Shown piece after piece: positions 24,006 through 36,238 of a stretch of 64,000 bases of DNA (position 1 is its first letter; the number at the start of each line of letters is the position of its first letter). The position numbers and the translations under genes are program-made. This DNA comes from Xylographa opegraphella (taxonomy: Eukaryota). The stretch spans positions 1 through 64,000 of the forward strand of contig JALDZX010000009.1 of assembly GCA_022813865.1 (NCBI GenBank), given 5' to 3'. Below the pieces are notes generated by a model, which was not told the DNA's origin, did not search any database, and saw nothing but the letters and a program-made list of their open reading frames with translations.

Positions 24006-25061
24006 AATGCGAAGCGAACTCAACCACGTGTGAGTGTCGATTGCCCAGGGGTCGTGTGCTTCCGACTGGGTAGCACCACTTCCAAGTCATTTTGACAGAC
24101 CTGTCGCAGCCATCAGCCAGCAAAGAACAAGTCAAGCTGGATTTTGAATGGGGGTTTTATCCACGAGTTGGAAGATTTCCCTCCCTGGCTTCCTGGATTC
24201 TGACGATAGGACTCTTGTCCGCAGGCACTTACAAAAGGACTGCAAACAGTGCCATCACATCAGCCTCCGGTGGTTATGATGGAGTCGGGTGGTTGGGGTG
24301 GGGGGGGGAAGACAAAGAAGCTCGCGAGGTAAGGTAGATACCTGACGGGCGGGGAGCTTTTCAAGCAGGGGAGCAGTACTAGTACAATGCTTAGCGCAGT
24401 GACTTGCATGATTCCGGCCTAGAGCTGGTTGACGCAACGACGCCTGCCCGCCATTACGGTAGCCATATCCACTGGAACTGACCCTCGGACTGTACGGAGC
24501 TACCTGAGGTACTTCGTAGACAGACCTCTACAGAGTAAGGTAAGATGCATCGTGAGTTACAAGGAGGCAGACTGCGTTCCCATAGAGCTGCATCGTGTCC
24601 ACTATTATTGCTTGATCCTATCGTAGTAGTTGGGAGAAGCCTTGCATAGTTCCAATCCCTCACCCGTACAGATAAATTATTTGGTGCTGAGGAATCGTGG
24701 AGGCGGGACGTAGCTACTTGTTGCCCAAGTGATCAAAGGCTGGCCCACAAACGGGACGTCTTCCTCCTGCCGTCTTGTCTGGAGGCTGTCAGTACCCCCG
24801 ATGAACAAGGAAGGGATCGCGCCAGCTGAGTTTATGCGGAATGTTGCGAAGCACGCGTGTGGTGATTGGGCTGTTTTCTGCGGCGCCTGGCTCTTAGCAC
24901 GGGTAGAGCGCAGGCCAGAATTCTACACACCAAAACGCAGTCCCCCGCCCTCTCTCCTGCCTGCCGGACCTACTCACACACACATTCTCCCCATACACAG
25001 AGCGCTGTCCACCACAGAAATCGGCCATACTACCTGCCTGTAAACAAATCGCCCCGTCCAG

Positions 25062-25560
25062 GTAAGCTTTCACTCCTCACCCATCCGACACTGCTCATTC
25101 TGCCTTCCACCTCCACCTCGCCCGCACTCTCACCATGCATTTTCATTCGTCGCAATCGCGCGATTCGCCCTTGTTTGGCTCCCTTCACCGTCATCTGTGT
25201 CCGGCTTCATCTTCTGTCGCGCTTGACCTCGTCGTCGTCCGCGTTCACCGATCATCCTGTCTAATACCACCACCAGAATCCCCACCATCACCAAAATCCA
25301 CCCCCCACTCAACTCGTCCCATTGTCACGTAGGTAAGGACACCAGCTTCTCGGCCACTCTTTGTCGCATCACTTTGCGCGTCGGCAGCTGCATCATCTCA
25401 TCGCGATCGAATACACGGATCATCCTCTCACTTGGGTGACTGGCGCGCGCAGACGACCCGTCGCTTGATCTCGTTCGCACCTGCCACTGGTTGCTTCCGG
25501 CAACCTTGCGCACGACAATTCTTGCCGTGTACGCGTCAACTGACACGTGCATCCCGATAG
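25062..25560 (+). promoter_or_regulatory. Two long 5'UTR introns of nhp6 (25062-25276 and 25333-25560) around a 56-nt non-coding exon
   Basis: First intron GTAAGC..CTAAT(25261)..CAG. Second intron GTAAGG..CTGAC(25540)..TAG, ending 6 nt before the ATG. Confidence 0.7.
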
Positions 25561-25566
25561 ATCACG

Positions 25567-26068
25567 ATGCCTAAGGAAAAGAGCACCTCCACCCGCAAGA
25601 GCAAGACGAAGGCCGTGAGTGAAGGCAAGAAGAAGAAGGGTACGTCTACCGTGTCGCCCTTGGCTCAATGACTCCACCTAACATTCTCTCTAGACCCCAA
25701 TGCACCCAAGCGAGGCCTATCTGCCTACATGTTCTTCGCCAATGAGCAGCGTGATAATGTGAGGGAGGAGAACCCCGGCATCAGCTTTGGTATGATCCAC
25801 CACTCTTGGAGATTACTCATATGGCGCAGAACTAACTGGTCTACTAGGCCAGGTTGGCAAGGTCCTCGGAGAGAGATGGAAGGCTCTCAATCCCAAGCAG
25901 CGTGAGCCGTATGAAGCCAAGGCCAAAGCTGACAAAGAGCGTTACGAAACAGAGAAGGCTACTTATGCTGTATGATATTTCACTGTCCTCGAAATCCCTT
26001 GGATTCCCGACAGCTAATAGGTGACTGTTATATAGGCTGGTGGGGAAGATGAAGAAGAGGATGAATAA
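25567..26068 (+). CDS. nhp6: Non-histone chromosomal protein 6 (HMG-box)
   Basis: Four short exons missed by the ORF track: [107 protein letters not shown]. Confidence 0.95.
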
Positions 26069-27391
26069 ACCAGCCTAATCAGAGTGACGGCGCTGTGCCT
26101 TTGTCTCGTCGACCTTGGTTGGCTCAAGGCTGCCTCGTCGGCCATCTGTTGCTGGGTGCCAAAGCTTCCTAAATCCTCTATTTCCTTCCTTGCTATTCTA
26201 GTGCTTTCTGGATGGGACAATCGGCTCATCTGATGACCTGCCATGTAGGTTATGTGGTGCGTGGCGATGGAATTGCTTGGGATGGAATCATTGACGACAC
26301 TTCACCCACATTGAGACTTTTGGTGCTGTCTGCACCGAGGCACTACTCTTAAGTCAGATCTCAACATGATGTGTCCGCGAATGATCTCCTACATGAAGTT
26401 TTAACAAACGTTGTATACTAGCTTTACTACTCGGTTGCTATTAAAAGGGATATTAGCAGATTACATTTGCTGATACGAAACTCGTGAAATAAGTGATCTA
26501 TTGTCTTTTGTTGCTAGTGTATGATGAGTCTATCATCCTACGAATCCTGTCTGTCCTCCCGTCGTGAATCTTAACACCCAAGGCCAGTGAAGCATCCTGT
26601 GCGCAGACTGCGATAAACGAATGACCTGAGGTATGAATGTAACGGTGACTACGTATTGTATATTGTATCACGTGAATGTACCTTCAACTGCAGCCCAAAT
26701 CACTATGATTTTCATGCCTTGCTTCACTACACGGTTCGCAGTCGTACGCATCGTCGCATGATAGCGATGACCAATGGCATGCTTGGACACCAGTTCCTAG
26801 GATCTCTACTGGATTCCTTTGGTCACTGCTACCACAAAGTGAGATGTTTCCCGTACGGCAGCAGTGTTGATGTCGGGATTTGTTTGAAATCCATTCTGAG
26901 TTAATGTCTTCCTGTAGCATAACACAGCTCCAGGATCTAGGCTCATGACAGCCCAAGTGGTGCGCGCCCAGTAAGGATAGCCTCCGATGGCATCGAGCGC
27001 GCCGTGCCGGCCTGCCTGTAGAAGTTATAATTAATCAGCCCACTTTAATCGGGCGATCCACTACTGAAGCGGACCAAGAGAAGCTGCATGCCTGTATTGC
27101 AATGATGGGATTGGAAGATTCGGCTTCGGCGAGACGGCCGGAACTTCATTGTCTCCAATAGATCTTGGGGTAGCCGTTAGCCCCACGCAGAGTCGCAGAC
27201 ACGTCAACATACTTGACACCAAACGATCAAGAGCCGCATCAGAGCTAAAAAGTATGTCTTTATAGCGTGGCGCCGGAGTATTCTGGTTGTAGAGTCACCG
27301 TCGATCGTTCACAGAGTGCCATGGGCGTTCGTCGGAGGACTTTTGCGCAGGTTGACGGATTCTTCCTCGCTCAAGCGAGTGGTCTTCCGGC

Positions 27392-29378
27392 ATGGCATCC
27401 GTCGCAAGCCTCACTGCCAGTTCGGAAACAGCCCAGGATATCGCGGCAGCTTTTATGAAATTCCAAGATCCAGTATTCGAGCAAGCGACCGAGATCACCG
27501 CGCTAATATCGGAGCTCTTTGCCATCAGTTCAGCCCTATTGGAGCTCAAGACCGCCAACAATGATCCCTCGCACTATCGACGACGGGGCAGGATCGAGAG
27601 CGAGCAGTATACTGCGGTGCTGAGTCTAGAACACACCTTCAAAGATGTGCAGCGCCTATTTGGAGGACTCGCAAGGCAATTCTACAACAGCGCCAGGGAA
27701 GCCTATCAGGCAGTATGGCAGAATATCCAAGACCATTTTCTGGATGAGGGTGGTTTTCCTCTCGTTCGACGGTTCGAGTATTACAGGATGTTCCTCGTAG
27801 ATATTATTGCTATCATTGAAGGGTCTGTCCCTTCACGTTTCTCGTCTTGGTCTATTCTAATATCATGCTCAGATATTCTGCTAGTGGTGGCTACCGAGAC
27901 AACAAGTATCATGTTGAAAAAATTCTTCGGATTCAAGAAGCAGGCTTGCCAGTTGATTTCAGCAATATGGCCATTGGAAGTAAGCCCTTGTCTTTATACA
28001 ATGTCCCTTGACTGTCTTTATGCTGAACTGAATCATTCACAAGCACCTCGACAACCTTCTTGGGAACGCATGAGACCTTATGGTCTTGTACCAGTACCCA
28101 ACCGTCCCCCTAGTCCGAGAGATTTCCGGAGGCCTCCATCACCGCTTACGATTGGTAACGAGGACCACGGCCTCCCACCTGCTCCTGTTCCACCTGCTTC
28201 ACCTACGACTACCACAGCCACTACTTCATCTCAGTCCTCCCACAGACCAATTTCAAACAGGCACTGGATTGTCAACGTCTTTGGCCAAGGGCGACCGACT
28301 ACAGTGTTTCAGTCCACAGGGTTTGAGTATGCTCATCGTCGGTCTCATTATCAACCCAGCCTTTTCTAACATAAGACCAGGTCGAGCTGCCAGGGTGAAG
28401 ATATGCCGCATGCGAGCTCCAGGCTCAGTGCTGACTATGAGAATCTTCTGGAGCTGTAAGTAACAACTGCTAATACCTAATCTTGATGCTAACAGTGTAG
28501 ACCTTTTGAAGACGGCTTCTTGAAGATCCGCTTCTATGTTCGATCACACGATCGAAGGGCTAGACTATTATGTAGGATGGACCGAGGAGGCCAGCGTATA
28601 CAGTCTAGCCACCCGATAACCCAACTCCGCATTGTGCGTGAGCTATCATGCATACAGATCTGCCGGGAAGATAGAAGAGGTCGCTTGGTGCTGTGGACCA
28701 ATCTCAGATTTCCGAGCTATGAGCGTAAGTTGCCTCTTTTGGTTGCGTTTCTGATTTATGTCTTCTGATTACGTCGTCACCCAGGGCTGGTTCTATTTTA
28801 TTGCACCTTCCTTGCCCTCAAATCACAAGACGAGGCAAATCCTATCAGAGAGTTGCAAGATCATATACTATACGACGAAAGGGAGGTGTTCAGCGCGTAA
28901 ACCCCCTTCCTTCTTCATGGGTTAAAAATTTGTAACTTTTGTAGGATCATCATCGACGACACCTTCCAGCATGCTTTACGGATATTCAAGGACATAAACT
29001 CCGGAGGTGTGCGATTGCAAGCCTCGGCTCTATCCGGTCCGATGAAAAAGTCGGTATCACTGTATATTTTCTCTACAAGAACTGACCTTGGTCATCAGGG
29101 CACCTATTTGGACCGCTTTCATCACCCACCAAATATTCTCCTCCCGCTGGAACCAGGTACCCGAGCCTCGGAAAGTTCATCTTGCCGATTTAACTCGCTA
29201 TGTATTCACCGGCAGCTACATTCCGCAATTGGGGCCGCACGGTGAGCACGAGCTATGCTTCCTGAAAGCGAAAGGTCAGCAAGTTGTCCACAAACATACG
29301 AGACTAAGGTCCTGATGAATAGCAGATGCTGAACAGTTTATGGATACGATATATGATCTTACAAGGAAAACGCCATGA
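27392..29378 (+). CDS. Conserved fungal hypothetical protein (helical N-terminus, Pro-rich linker, beta-rich C-terminus), about 9 exons
   Basis: EITALISELFAISSAL; NLRFPSYERLVLFYCTFLALK; IIDDTFQHALRIFKD..GGVRLQAS; APIWTAFITH. Canonical introns throughout. Confidence 0.8.
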
Positions 29379-29985
29379 TCCGAATCTTCAATACGACAGA
29401 TAAAACCAAGATCAAGTTACTAATGAACCACACTTTCTCCACGAATTACGAGATTATGACTCATGAAGTCACCCAGCTGAGATACCCATGATAAGATTCT
29501 TGCTTACAAGAGGATTTAATAGCAGCTTCCGAACTTTTGTGTTCTCGAATCTTGAATGTTATGCTGTCAACCACTAGCGCACCAGTTCCATATGCATATA
29601 TGAAAATTATTTATCCTTACGTATGCTATCAGTTATTGTGGAGTCCAGTGATCGATACTAAAACTCCTACACATTCGAGTTATTCTACCACCTACGTACC
29701 CGATGAAGGCAGGTAACGTACCTATTATGATACTCTAGCCGCAGGCTTAGGGTTCGCGTGAAGCGAGCACCACTAGCAAGGGTCGGCTCCAACGGCAACC
29801 CGTCAACGATGTCGTCATAGCAGGCACCCCTTCCCGATCTTCAACGCCGCTGAAAATATAGTGCTGTATCAGGACATGACTGTTATTCAGAAGTGTTTGC
29901 CAATCCTCTCTTACGTTGTGACCTCGGTGGTCGATGCGGCGAGTCGCTTTCATTCTTTACCAGCCCTTTTGGTGAACATCATATA

Positions 29986-31662
29986 ATGGGACGAATACAG
30001 ATCTTCTGGGCTAGCCTGTACTCCATTGTCTCTTACACCCCGAAGCGATGCCGTTACGATCCAGAAAGCCCACCGGGCTTTTCCATGCCATTGAATCTCC
30101 TGTTTGGCTTCGCGGCGACTTTTACGGTCGCGAATCTTTATTATAATCATCCTATTCTCAATGTCCTTGCCGATGACTTTGGCGTCACTTATGAGGCTGT
30201 TTCTGTAGTGCCAACCTTAATGCAGGTTGGGAACATCAACTCTACATATTTTTTGAGTCTTTTGAACTGATTTTACGTAGGCTGGGTATGCGGCAGGCTT
30301 ACTGTTCTTGTGTCCGCTGGGTGATCTGTTCAAGAGGAGGACGTTTGTCCTATGGTTGGTCTGGTTCACGGGGACGGTCTGGTATGATCATCTTCATAAG
30401 CCACGATTGACAACATGCTGGTTATCAGCTTATCTCGTTTCGTTCTTTCTGCAACATTGTCTGATCAAGTCGCAACATTTAGGATAGGACTATGTCTCAC
30501 TCGCAATTTCCAAGTCTTTTTGTTCCTCTCATTTCTTACGGCTCTTACCACAGTCACTCCACAACTCATGCTCCCGCTTGTCGGAGATCTCGCGCCGGCA
30601 CACCGTCGGGCAACTGCTTTGTCAATTGTGGTTTCGGGCCTCCTTCTTGGTATGCTGATTGCCCGTGTTCTCTCCGGCGTGGTCACACAGTACACAAGTT
30701 GGCGGGACATATATTGGCTATCATTCGGTCTTCAATACTTAATCCTGATCCTACTCTGGCTATTCATGCCTGATTATCCTTCTACTAACCCAGGAGGTCT
30801 CAACTACTTTAAGATGCTGTGGAGCATAGTGACTATCACCATACATGAGCCTGTATTGGTGCAGGCTTGCTTGGTGGGATTCTTCACCTCTAGTACCTTC
30901 ACTTCTTTCTGGACAACGTTAACATTCCTTCTTTCGGAACCTCCTTACAATTACAACAATCTGGTAATCGGTCTCTTCGCCTTGATTGGTATCGGCTCAA
31001 TGTGCTTCGGTCCTCCGTATTCTCGCTTTATCATCGACAAGTTTGTGCCTCTATTCTCAGTCATCTTAGGCGAGGTCATCTGCATCGCAGGAATAGCCAT
31101 TGGGACGTATACCGGCACTTTTACGATCGCTGGACCCGTAATCCAAGCATTTGCCATCGACTTGGGTCTCCAAACGAGCCAAATTGCGAACAGGAGCGCG
31201 ATATACGCCATTGCTCCAAAAGCCCGGAATAGGGTGAACACTGCGTACATGGTGAGCGTCTTTTGCGGACAGCTCATGGGAACCGCTGTTGGCAACGACC
31301 TCTTCGCCAAAGGCGGATGGATCAGTAGCGGTAGCGCTAGTGTGGGTTTCATAGCTGCTGCCTTGCTGGTCTGCTTCTCTCGAGGGCCGTGGGAGACGGG
31401 TTGGGTTGGATGGCGTGGCGGCTGGAGCATCCGACGAAGGGATCTGGGACCGCCGAAAAGCGACGTGGAGAGCAGTGCGCGTCAGCAGAGCGGGAGTCTT
31501 GATGGTGACGATGAGTCGGCGAGGGAGAAGATGGCGGATGAGATGGCTGGCGAGCCGACCAGAGGAGCTGAGGTCAATGGCGGGGTGATGGAAGGTGAGA
31601 AGAATATGGAGGGGACGGAGCGAGCTGTAGAGACCGATCGGGAGAAAGGTCCAGATTCATGA
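29986..31662 (+). CDS. MFS transporter (YdeR/YnfM-like)
   Basis: FTVANLYYNHPIL, QAGYAAGLLFLCPLGD, TTVTPQLMLPLVGDLAP, GLLLGMLIARVLSG and ARNRVNTAYM. Introns ~30226-30280 and 30382-30482. Confidence 0.92.
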
Positions 31663-31772
31663 CGACTACGAGACGGGACTTGTTCTATATATCTGGCTTG
31701 AGATATACCCCAGCATTAGCATCCTGCATTAGAGGGTATAGATGCGACTCGCGTTTAGATTTAAGCATATCA

Positions 31773-31808
31773 TACTAGTATACCTTACCTACTAGTATAC
31801 CTTACCTA
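31773..31808 (+). repeat. 17-bp tandem duplication
   Basis: TACTAGTATACCTTACC x2, downstream of the MFS gene. Confidence 0.85.
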
Positions 31809-32065
31809 TGTAATAGTGGTCGCATTGACTATGGAATGAAAGCAATTCAGTGGATTTAAAGGCCTTGGAGTCAGACTGTATCCATAGCGGGCTGCTAACC
31901 TTGCAATATTAGACACCAAAATTGCTGTTGATATAGAACTTCGCGAGATTCACCCCGCTGAGCTCGCGCTGGGAACTCATGATCTTAACAGACAATCCTG
32001 CGAAATCCACAAATCAGTCGCGATCCACGAACTTCCCTATCAAGACATGTCCTCCGTTGCAACTC

Positions 32066-33151
32066 TCATTTCGAACCCGCCGCACCCCCACCTCCCTCTT
32101 CCCGGCCCTCCAGCTCCAACCCCTCCAAAAAGCGATCCGCCATCCCCCTCTCCCTCTTCTCCCTCACCGCCCTCCTCCTCTCCTCCACCTCCCTCTTCCT
32201 CCCCTCCTTCTTCTCCACCCTCTCCCTCACCCTCCTCTCCGTCTCCGCCCGCTCCCGCGCCAACGCCTCCATCTCCCTCCGCCGCGCCTCCTTGTCGCCA
32301 CTGAACGCATAGAACCCCACCCCCTTCGTCCGCACCTCCTTCGACGCATCGTAATGCACCTCCTCCGGCGGCGTCGCGCTGCGGTCCCGCTTCCGCGCAA
32401 TCGCCTCCATCTGCGCCGCGATCGGCTCGTCCGGGTTGAAGGCCCCGCTCTGCACCGTGTCGCCGTAGATGATGTTGCGCGGCGCCGCCGGCCGCGCCGA
32501 CATGCTCGACAGCTCTTCCTGCGCGTACGCGGCCGCTTTGCGGCGCCGCTCCTCGCGCGCCGCTTCGCCGCGCGTGCCACGACGGAGGCGGCCGAACTCG
32601 TCTTCGTACTCGACCACCTCGGCCTCCTCGCCGCCGTCGCTGGGGCCTTCGTCATCGGAGCCGGAAGACGTGCTGTCGTGAGGCGACGTGCCGCCCGCCT
32701 CCTCCTGCTGCTCCGCCCACTTGCGGTCGAAGTCCACCAACGGGGCCCGCTCGTCGTTGACGCCCGACGTCGCAGAATGGGGGGGCACGTAGTCGCCGCG
32801 CTTCATGGCGGCGTAGAGGCGAGCCTTCTCTTCCATCTTGCGCGTCGAGCGATGCAGGGTGGAGGTGTCCACGGCGCCGATGTCGGCCTTGTGGGTCTGC
32901 GCGGAGGCATCGCTCGCGAGGTCGGCGAGGGCGCGCTTCTTGGCGTTGCGGTTGTGGGCAGTGAAGATGTCGTCCTTGCGGGCTTTGGAGGGCCGCGGCC
33001 GCGCCGAGGTGCTAGCCGGGGCCTTGGCCGTTTGGGCGATCAGCGAGGAGAGGTGCGCGGTGAAGGAGAGGGTGGTGGAGGAGGAGATTTCGTGTTTGGG
33101 GGTGCGGATGGGGCGCGGGATGCCGTAGAGGGAGGAGGGGTCGGTGGCCAT
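32066..33151 (-). CDS. CCDC174-like (DUF4078) nuclear protein
   Basis: RKMEEKARLYAAMKRGDY, LVDFDRKWAE, VEYEDEFGRLRRGT and HYDASKEVRTKGVGFYAFS. Confidence 0.85.
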   Translation of the reverse strand: MATDPSSLYGIPRPIRTPKHEISSSTTLSFTAHLSSLIAQTAKAPASTSARPRPSKARKDDIFTAHNRNAKKRALADLASDASAQTHKADIGAVDTSTLHRSTRKMEEKARLYAAMKRGDYVPPHSATSGVNDERAPLVDFDRKWAEQQEEAGGTSPHDSTSSGSDDEGPSDGGEEAEVVEYEDEFGRLRRGTRGEAAREERRRKAAAYAQEELSSMSARPAAPRNIIYGDTVQSGAFNPDEPIAAQMEAIARKRDRSATPPEEVHYDASKEVRTKGVGFYAFSGDKEARRREMEALARERAETERRVRERVEKKEGRKREVEERRRAVREKRERGMADRFLEGLELEGREEGGGGAAGSK

Positions 33152-33371
33152 TGTGCAGGGCGCTGTGGGCTTGCCAGAGGAGATGTACAGGTAGGCTGGC
33201 TAGGGATGTTGTGCTGGTGAAGTGGGACGAGGTCGTGATCGAGCGTGGTAGAGACAGACGCTGGATCAGGAAAGGCTCTTTGCAAGGACTGGAGCTTAAC
33301 ACCGGAACTCCGTCATGTTTGCTTCCCACACATTCACCATCACCTTACTTTTATTTGCACAGCTCCTCACA

Positions 33372-34826
33372 ATGCATGCTCCGAAACCAGTGTATCTTGC
33401 AGTGATAGGTGAGTCTCCTGGTCTTCTGTATTTTCTTTAGTTTGGTTGTTGGTTCTGCGTTTCACAAATGTGCTGCACGTGGAAAAAATATAATGCTAGC
33501 CTATTCAGTCTCTTCCATGAATGTCAGATGCCCAACCTCGTTCAATGCATCTGCAGCTCTAGCACTCGTTCATCGCATGTTTGTTAACAAGAATAACTGC
33601 AAGGCCTATAATAAGACACTCTCATCCCATCCCTTAGCGAAGATACCTGGACTGGCACCTCCTACCAAACTCCCACTAATCCCTTTATCTACAGGTACCG
33701 GCGGCGTCGGCTCTGCATTTCTTTCGCAGCTTTCTATCCTCCAGCAAGCTCATCCGCAAATCAACCTTGTCCTCATCTCGCGATCCTCCCGCTCCCTTAC
33801 CGCCCTCTCCTTCTCCGAGCCCCTCCCCCTTTCCACCTGGTCCTCGGCTCTCGACCATCCATCCGCCCAACCCGCCTTCACACCGCCCGAAATCCTCGCT
33901 TACCTTGAAAACAGCAACACCACGCTGGGGAAATGTATTCTCATTGACAATACCTCAAACCAGACCCTGGCTTTATCCTACCCGTCCTTCCTCTCGCGAG
34001 GAATCAGCATCGTCACCCCAAACAAGAAGGCCTTCAGCGATTCCCTCGATCTGTGGCGCGAGATCGAGTCCTCGTCCTTCCCTGCAGATCCACATGGCGG
34101 GCTAATCTACCATGAATCATCTGTCGGCGCAGGGTTGCCTATCATATCTACCTTGAAAGACCTCGTCGCCACAGGGGACCGCGTCCATCGCATAGAGGGC
34201 GTCTTTTCCGGCACTTTGTCCTTCCTTTTCAACAACTTCGCACCCGTGAATGGACGGGGCGGTAAGTGGAGTGAGGAGGTGCGGAAAGCAAAATCGCTTG
34301 GCTATACAGAGCCAGATCCACGGGACGACCTCAATGGTCTAGATGTAGCTCGAAAGGTTGTAATTCTAGCGCGTCTAGCGGGCGTCAAAGTACAAGACAC
34401 CGGCGCCTTCCCAGTTGAGAGCTTAATTCCAGAAGCGCTGGAGAGTTGCCAGAGTGGAGACGAGTTCCTGAGCCGCTTGGGGGAATTCGACGAAGAGATG
34501 GAAGGTGTGAGGAAGCAAGCGGAGGCGGATGGAAAAGTCATAAGATATGTGGGCAGTATCGACGTTGAGAGGGGCCAATTGCGGGTCGGGCTAGAAAGGC
34601 TGGATAAAAACCATCCCGTGGCGGGCCTGCGAGGCAGTGATAACATCGTAAACTTTTATACGCAGAGGTATGGGGAGCGGCCATTGATTGTGCAGGGAGC
34701 TGGGTAAGTGCAAAATCACATTTGAAAGGTTTCCGCCTGTGCTGATTCGATTGCAGTGCTGGGGCTGAGGTTACTGCTATGGGTGTCACATCAGACCTGA
34801 TAAAAGTTCTGCAACGACTTCAGTGA
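33372..34826 (+). CDS. hom6: Homoserine dehydrogenase
   Basis: VYLAVIG|TGGVG Rossmann motif, IVTPNKK, HESSVGAGLPII, EGVFSGTLSF, LGYTEPDPRDDLNGLDVARK and QGAG|AGAEVTAMGV. Introns 33409-33694 and ~34704-34755. Confidence 0.96.
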
Positions 34827-34876
34827 ATCATTGACGAAAGGAATCTGGTAGGCTCGGAAAAGGCTCTATTGCTGCT

Positions 34877-35956
34877 TTATGGTCTGCTTTGGTTATGGCT
34901 GCTTTGTTGCATGCCGGGTAAACCCTGATAGCCTCCGACTTCTTTCCAAAATTCCTCGAAGTCCACGCCTTGACTTTCAAACAGCTCCTTTGCCTTCTCC
35001 ATTGTCTTTGCTTGCCGTTCTTTGGTGAAGCCACCAGGCTGTGAAGTCTCGAACTGGATCAACTCTATCCAGCTGAAGAATAGGTTCTCCTTCCCCATTA
35101 CGGTCAGCTTGTCCTTGAACAGGACAATCTTCTGCCTCGCTTCCTCTTCGCTACCCTCATCAAGCTTCCATACAGGCCATGTCAGCCATCCATGTTCTTC
35201 AGAGTGTGCAATGACGGTCTTCTGAAAATCCGATAAGCTAGCTTTGCCCACTCTTACGAGATCATGCGCTGTAATCATCCCAGCGAAGTCTAGATCCCAG
35301 CTTTTGTCTATCATCAGATAGCTCGTCTTTGCTTTCACCCACTTCTTGTCAATCGCAGGTAATATCCGCTCTTTGTAGACAGTCCCATCCGAGTCCTCTG
35401 CGAGCCAATCGCTTGGCAGAGTCTCGTCCCACCTTCTCGATCTTCGGACGACGATCTCCTCGGCTTGAAAACCGACCCGCTGCCGCCAGGCAATAGGATT
35501 GCCCGGGGAGCCTGCAAAGAATTCCCATGGCCAGGGAAGCACGAATTTCGCGAGAGTGAAGTCTATGAAGAACATGAACGCGCGGCCCACGGCGATGTCC
35601 ATGAGGGTCATCCAGCCCGTACTGGTCAGATCGAGCTGGAAAATGGTCTCGTAGCCCAGGGTGTTCATGACAAGAGCCACGTAGTTAGGCAGCGCAACAT
35701 AAGCCCGCCAGAGGAGGAGGCCGGCAATAACGATATTCATGAGCACGGGAACCACAAAGACCCGCTTCTTAAGGGCGGCCGGGTGATCATCGATATGGAT
35801 GATGTAGACATGCTTGGGATCGAGTGTCTCAAGGAAGCTGAGTAGTATCGGGGGCGCTGTGGAATAGGGTGCTGGAGGTTTGGATGTTTTGGCGGTTTTC
35901 GTGATTGCGGTGTTGGATGTGGATTTGAAAGCGCGTTTGGAAATTGACTTGGCCAT
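34877..35956 (-). CDS. Conserved fungal hypothetical membrane protein
   Basis: 359-aa ORF with two hydrophobic segments. VYIIHIDDHP, EIVVRRSRRWD and GKENLFFSWIELIQFE. Confidence 0.8.
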   Translation of the reverse strand: MAKSISKRAFKSTSNTAITKTAKTSKPPAPYSTAPPILLSFLETLDPKHVYIIHIDDHPAALKKRVFVVPVLMNIVIAGLLLWRAYVALPNYVALVMNTLGYETIFQLDLTSTGWMTLMDIAVGRAFMFFIDFTLAKFVLPWPWEFFAGSPGNPIAWRQRVGFQAEEIVVRRSRRWDETLPSDWLAEDSDGTVYKERILPAIDKKWVKAKTSYLMIDKSWDLDFAGMITAHDLVRVGKASLSDFQKTVIAHSEEHGWLTWPVWKLDEGSEEEARQKIVLFKDKLTVMGKENLFFSWIELIQFETSQPGGFTKERQAKTMEKAKELFESQGVDFEEFWKEVGGYQGLPGMQQSSHNQSRP

Positions 35957-36238
35957 GGTGTAGGTGCAATACTTCCAGATGGCCTAGATGATTCCAACAT
36001 TGAAGCTTGCGAAGTCAAGGCTGGTCAAGGACGGAACATTCAGATCAATTAATTGAGTTTGCAAGGATTAGGGCTTGGGCTTCGATTGGTGTTCACGTCA
36101 AGATCGGAGTTTGTTCAACACATCCAGTACATATCAACAACAGCGCGTATTTTCAGTCTGCTATGTTTAATAGTCAGAGAAATCCCATCGAAGTGCTCAT
36201 CCTGCTGATGCCGCATAGTATGCTTTGTCGCATGCGCA

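Noticed and set aside
25325..25340. TAG|GTAAGG as a recursive splice site (zero-length exon) in the nhp6 leader
   Set aside because: A CAG at 25274-25276 follows the CTAAT branch site at canonical distance, so an ordinary 56-nt exon explains it.
31979..33220. 413-aa plus-strand ORF and other long antisense ORFs (8936-9577, 11007-11717, 38791-39498)
   Set aside because: Shadow frames of GC-rich real genes on the opposite strand.
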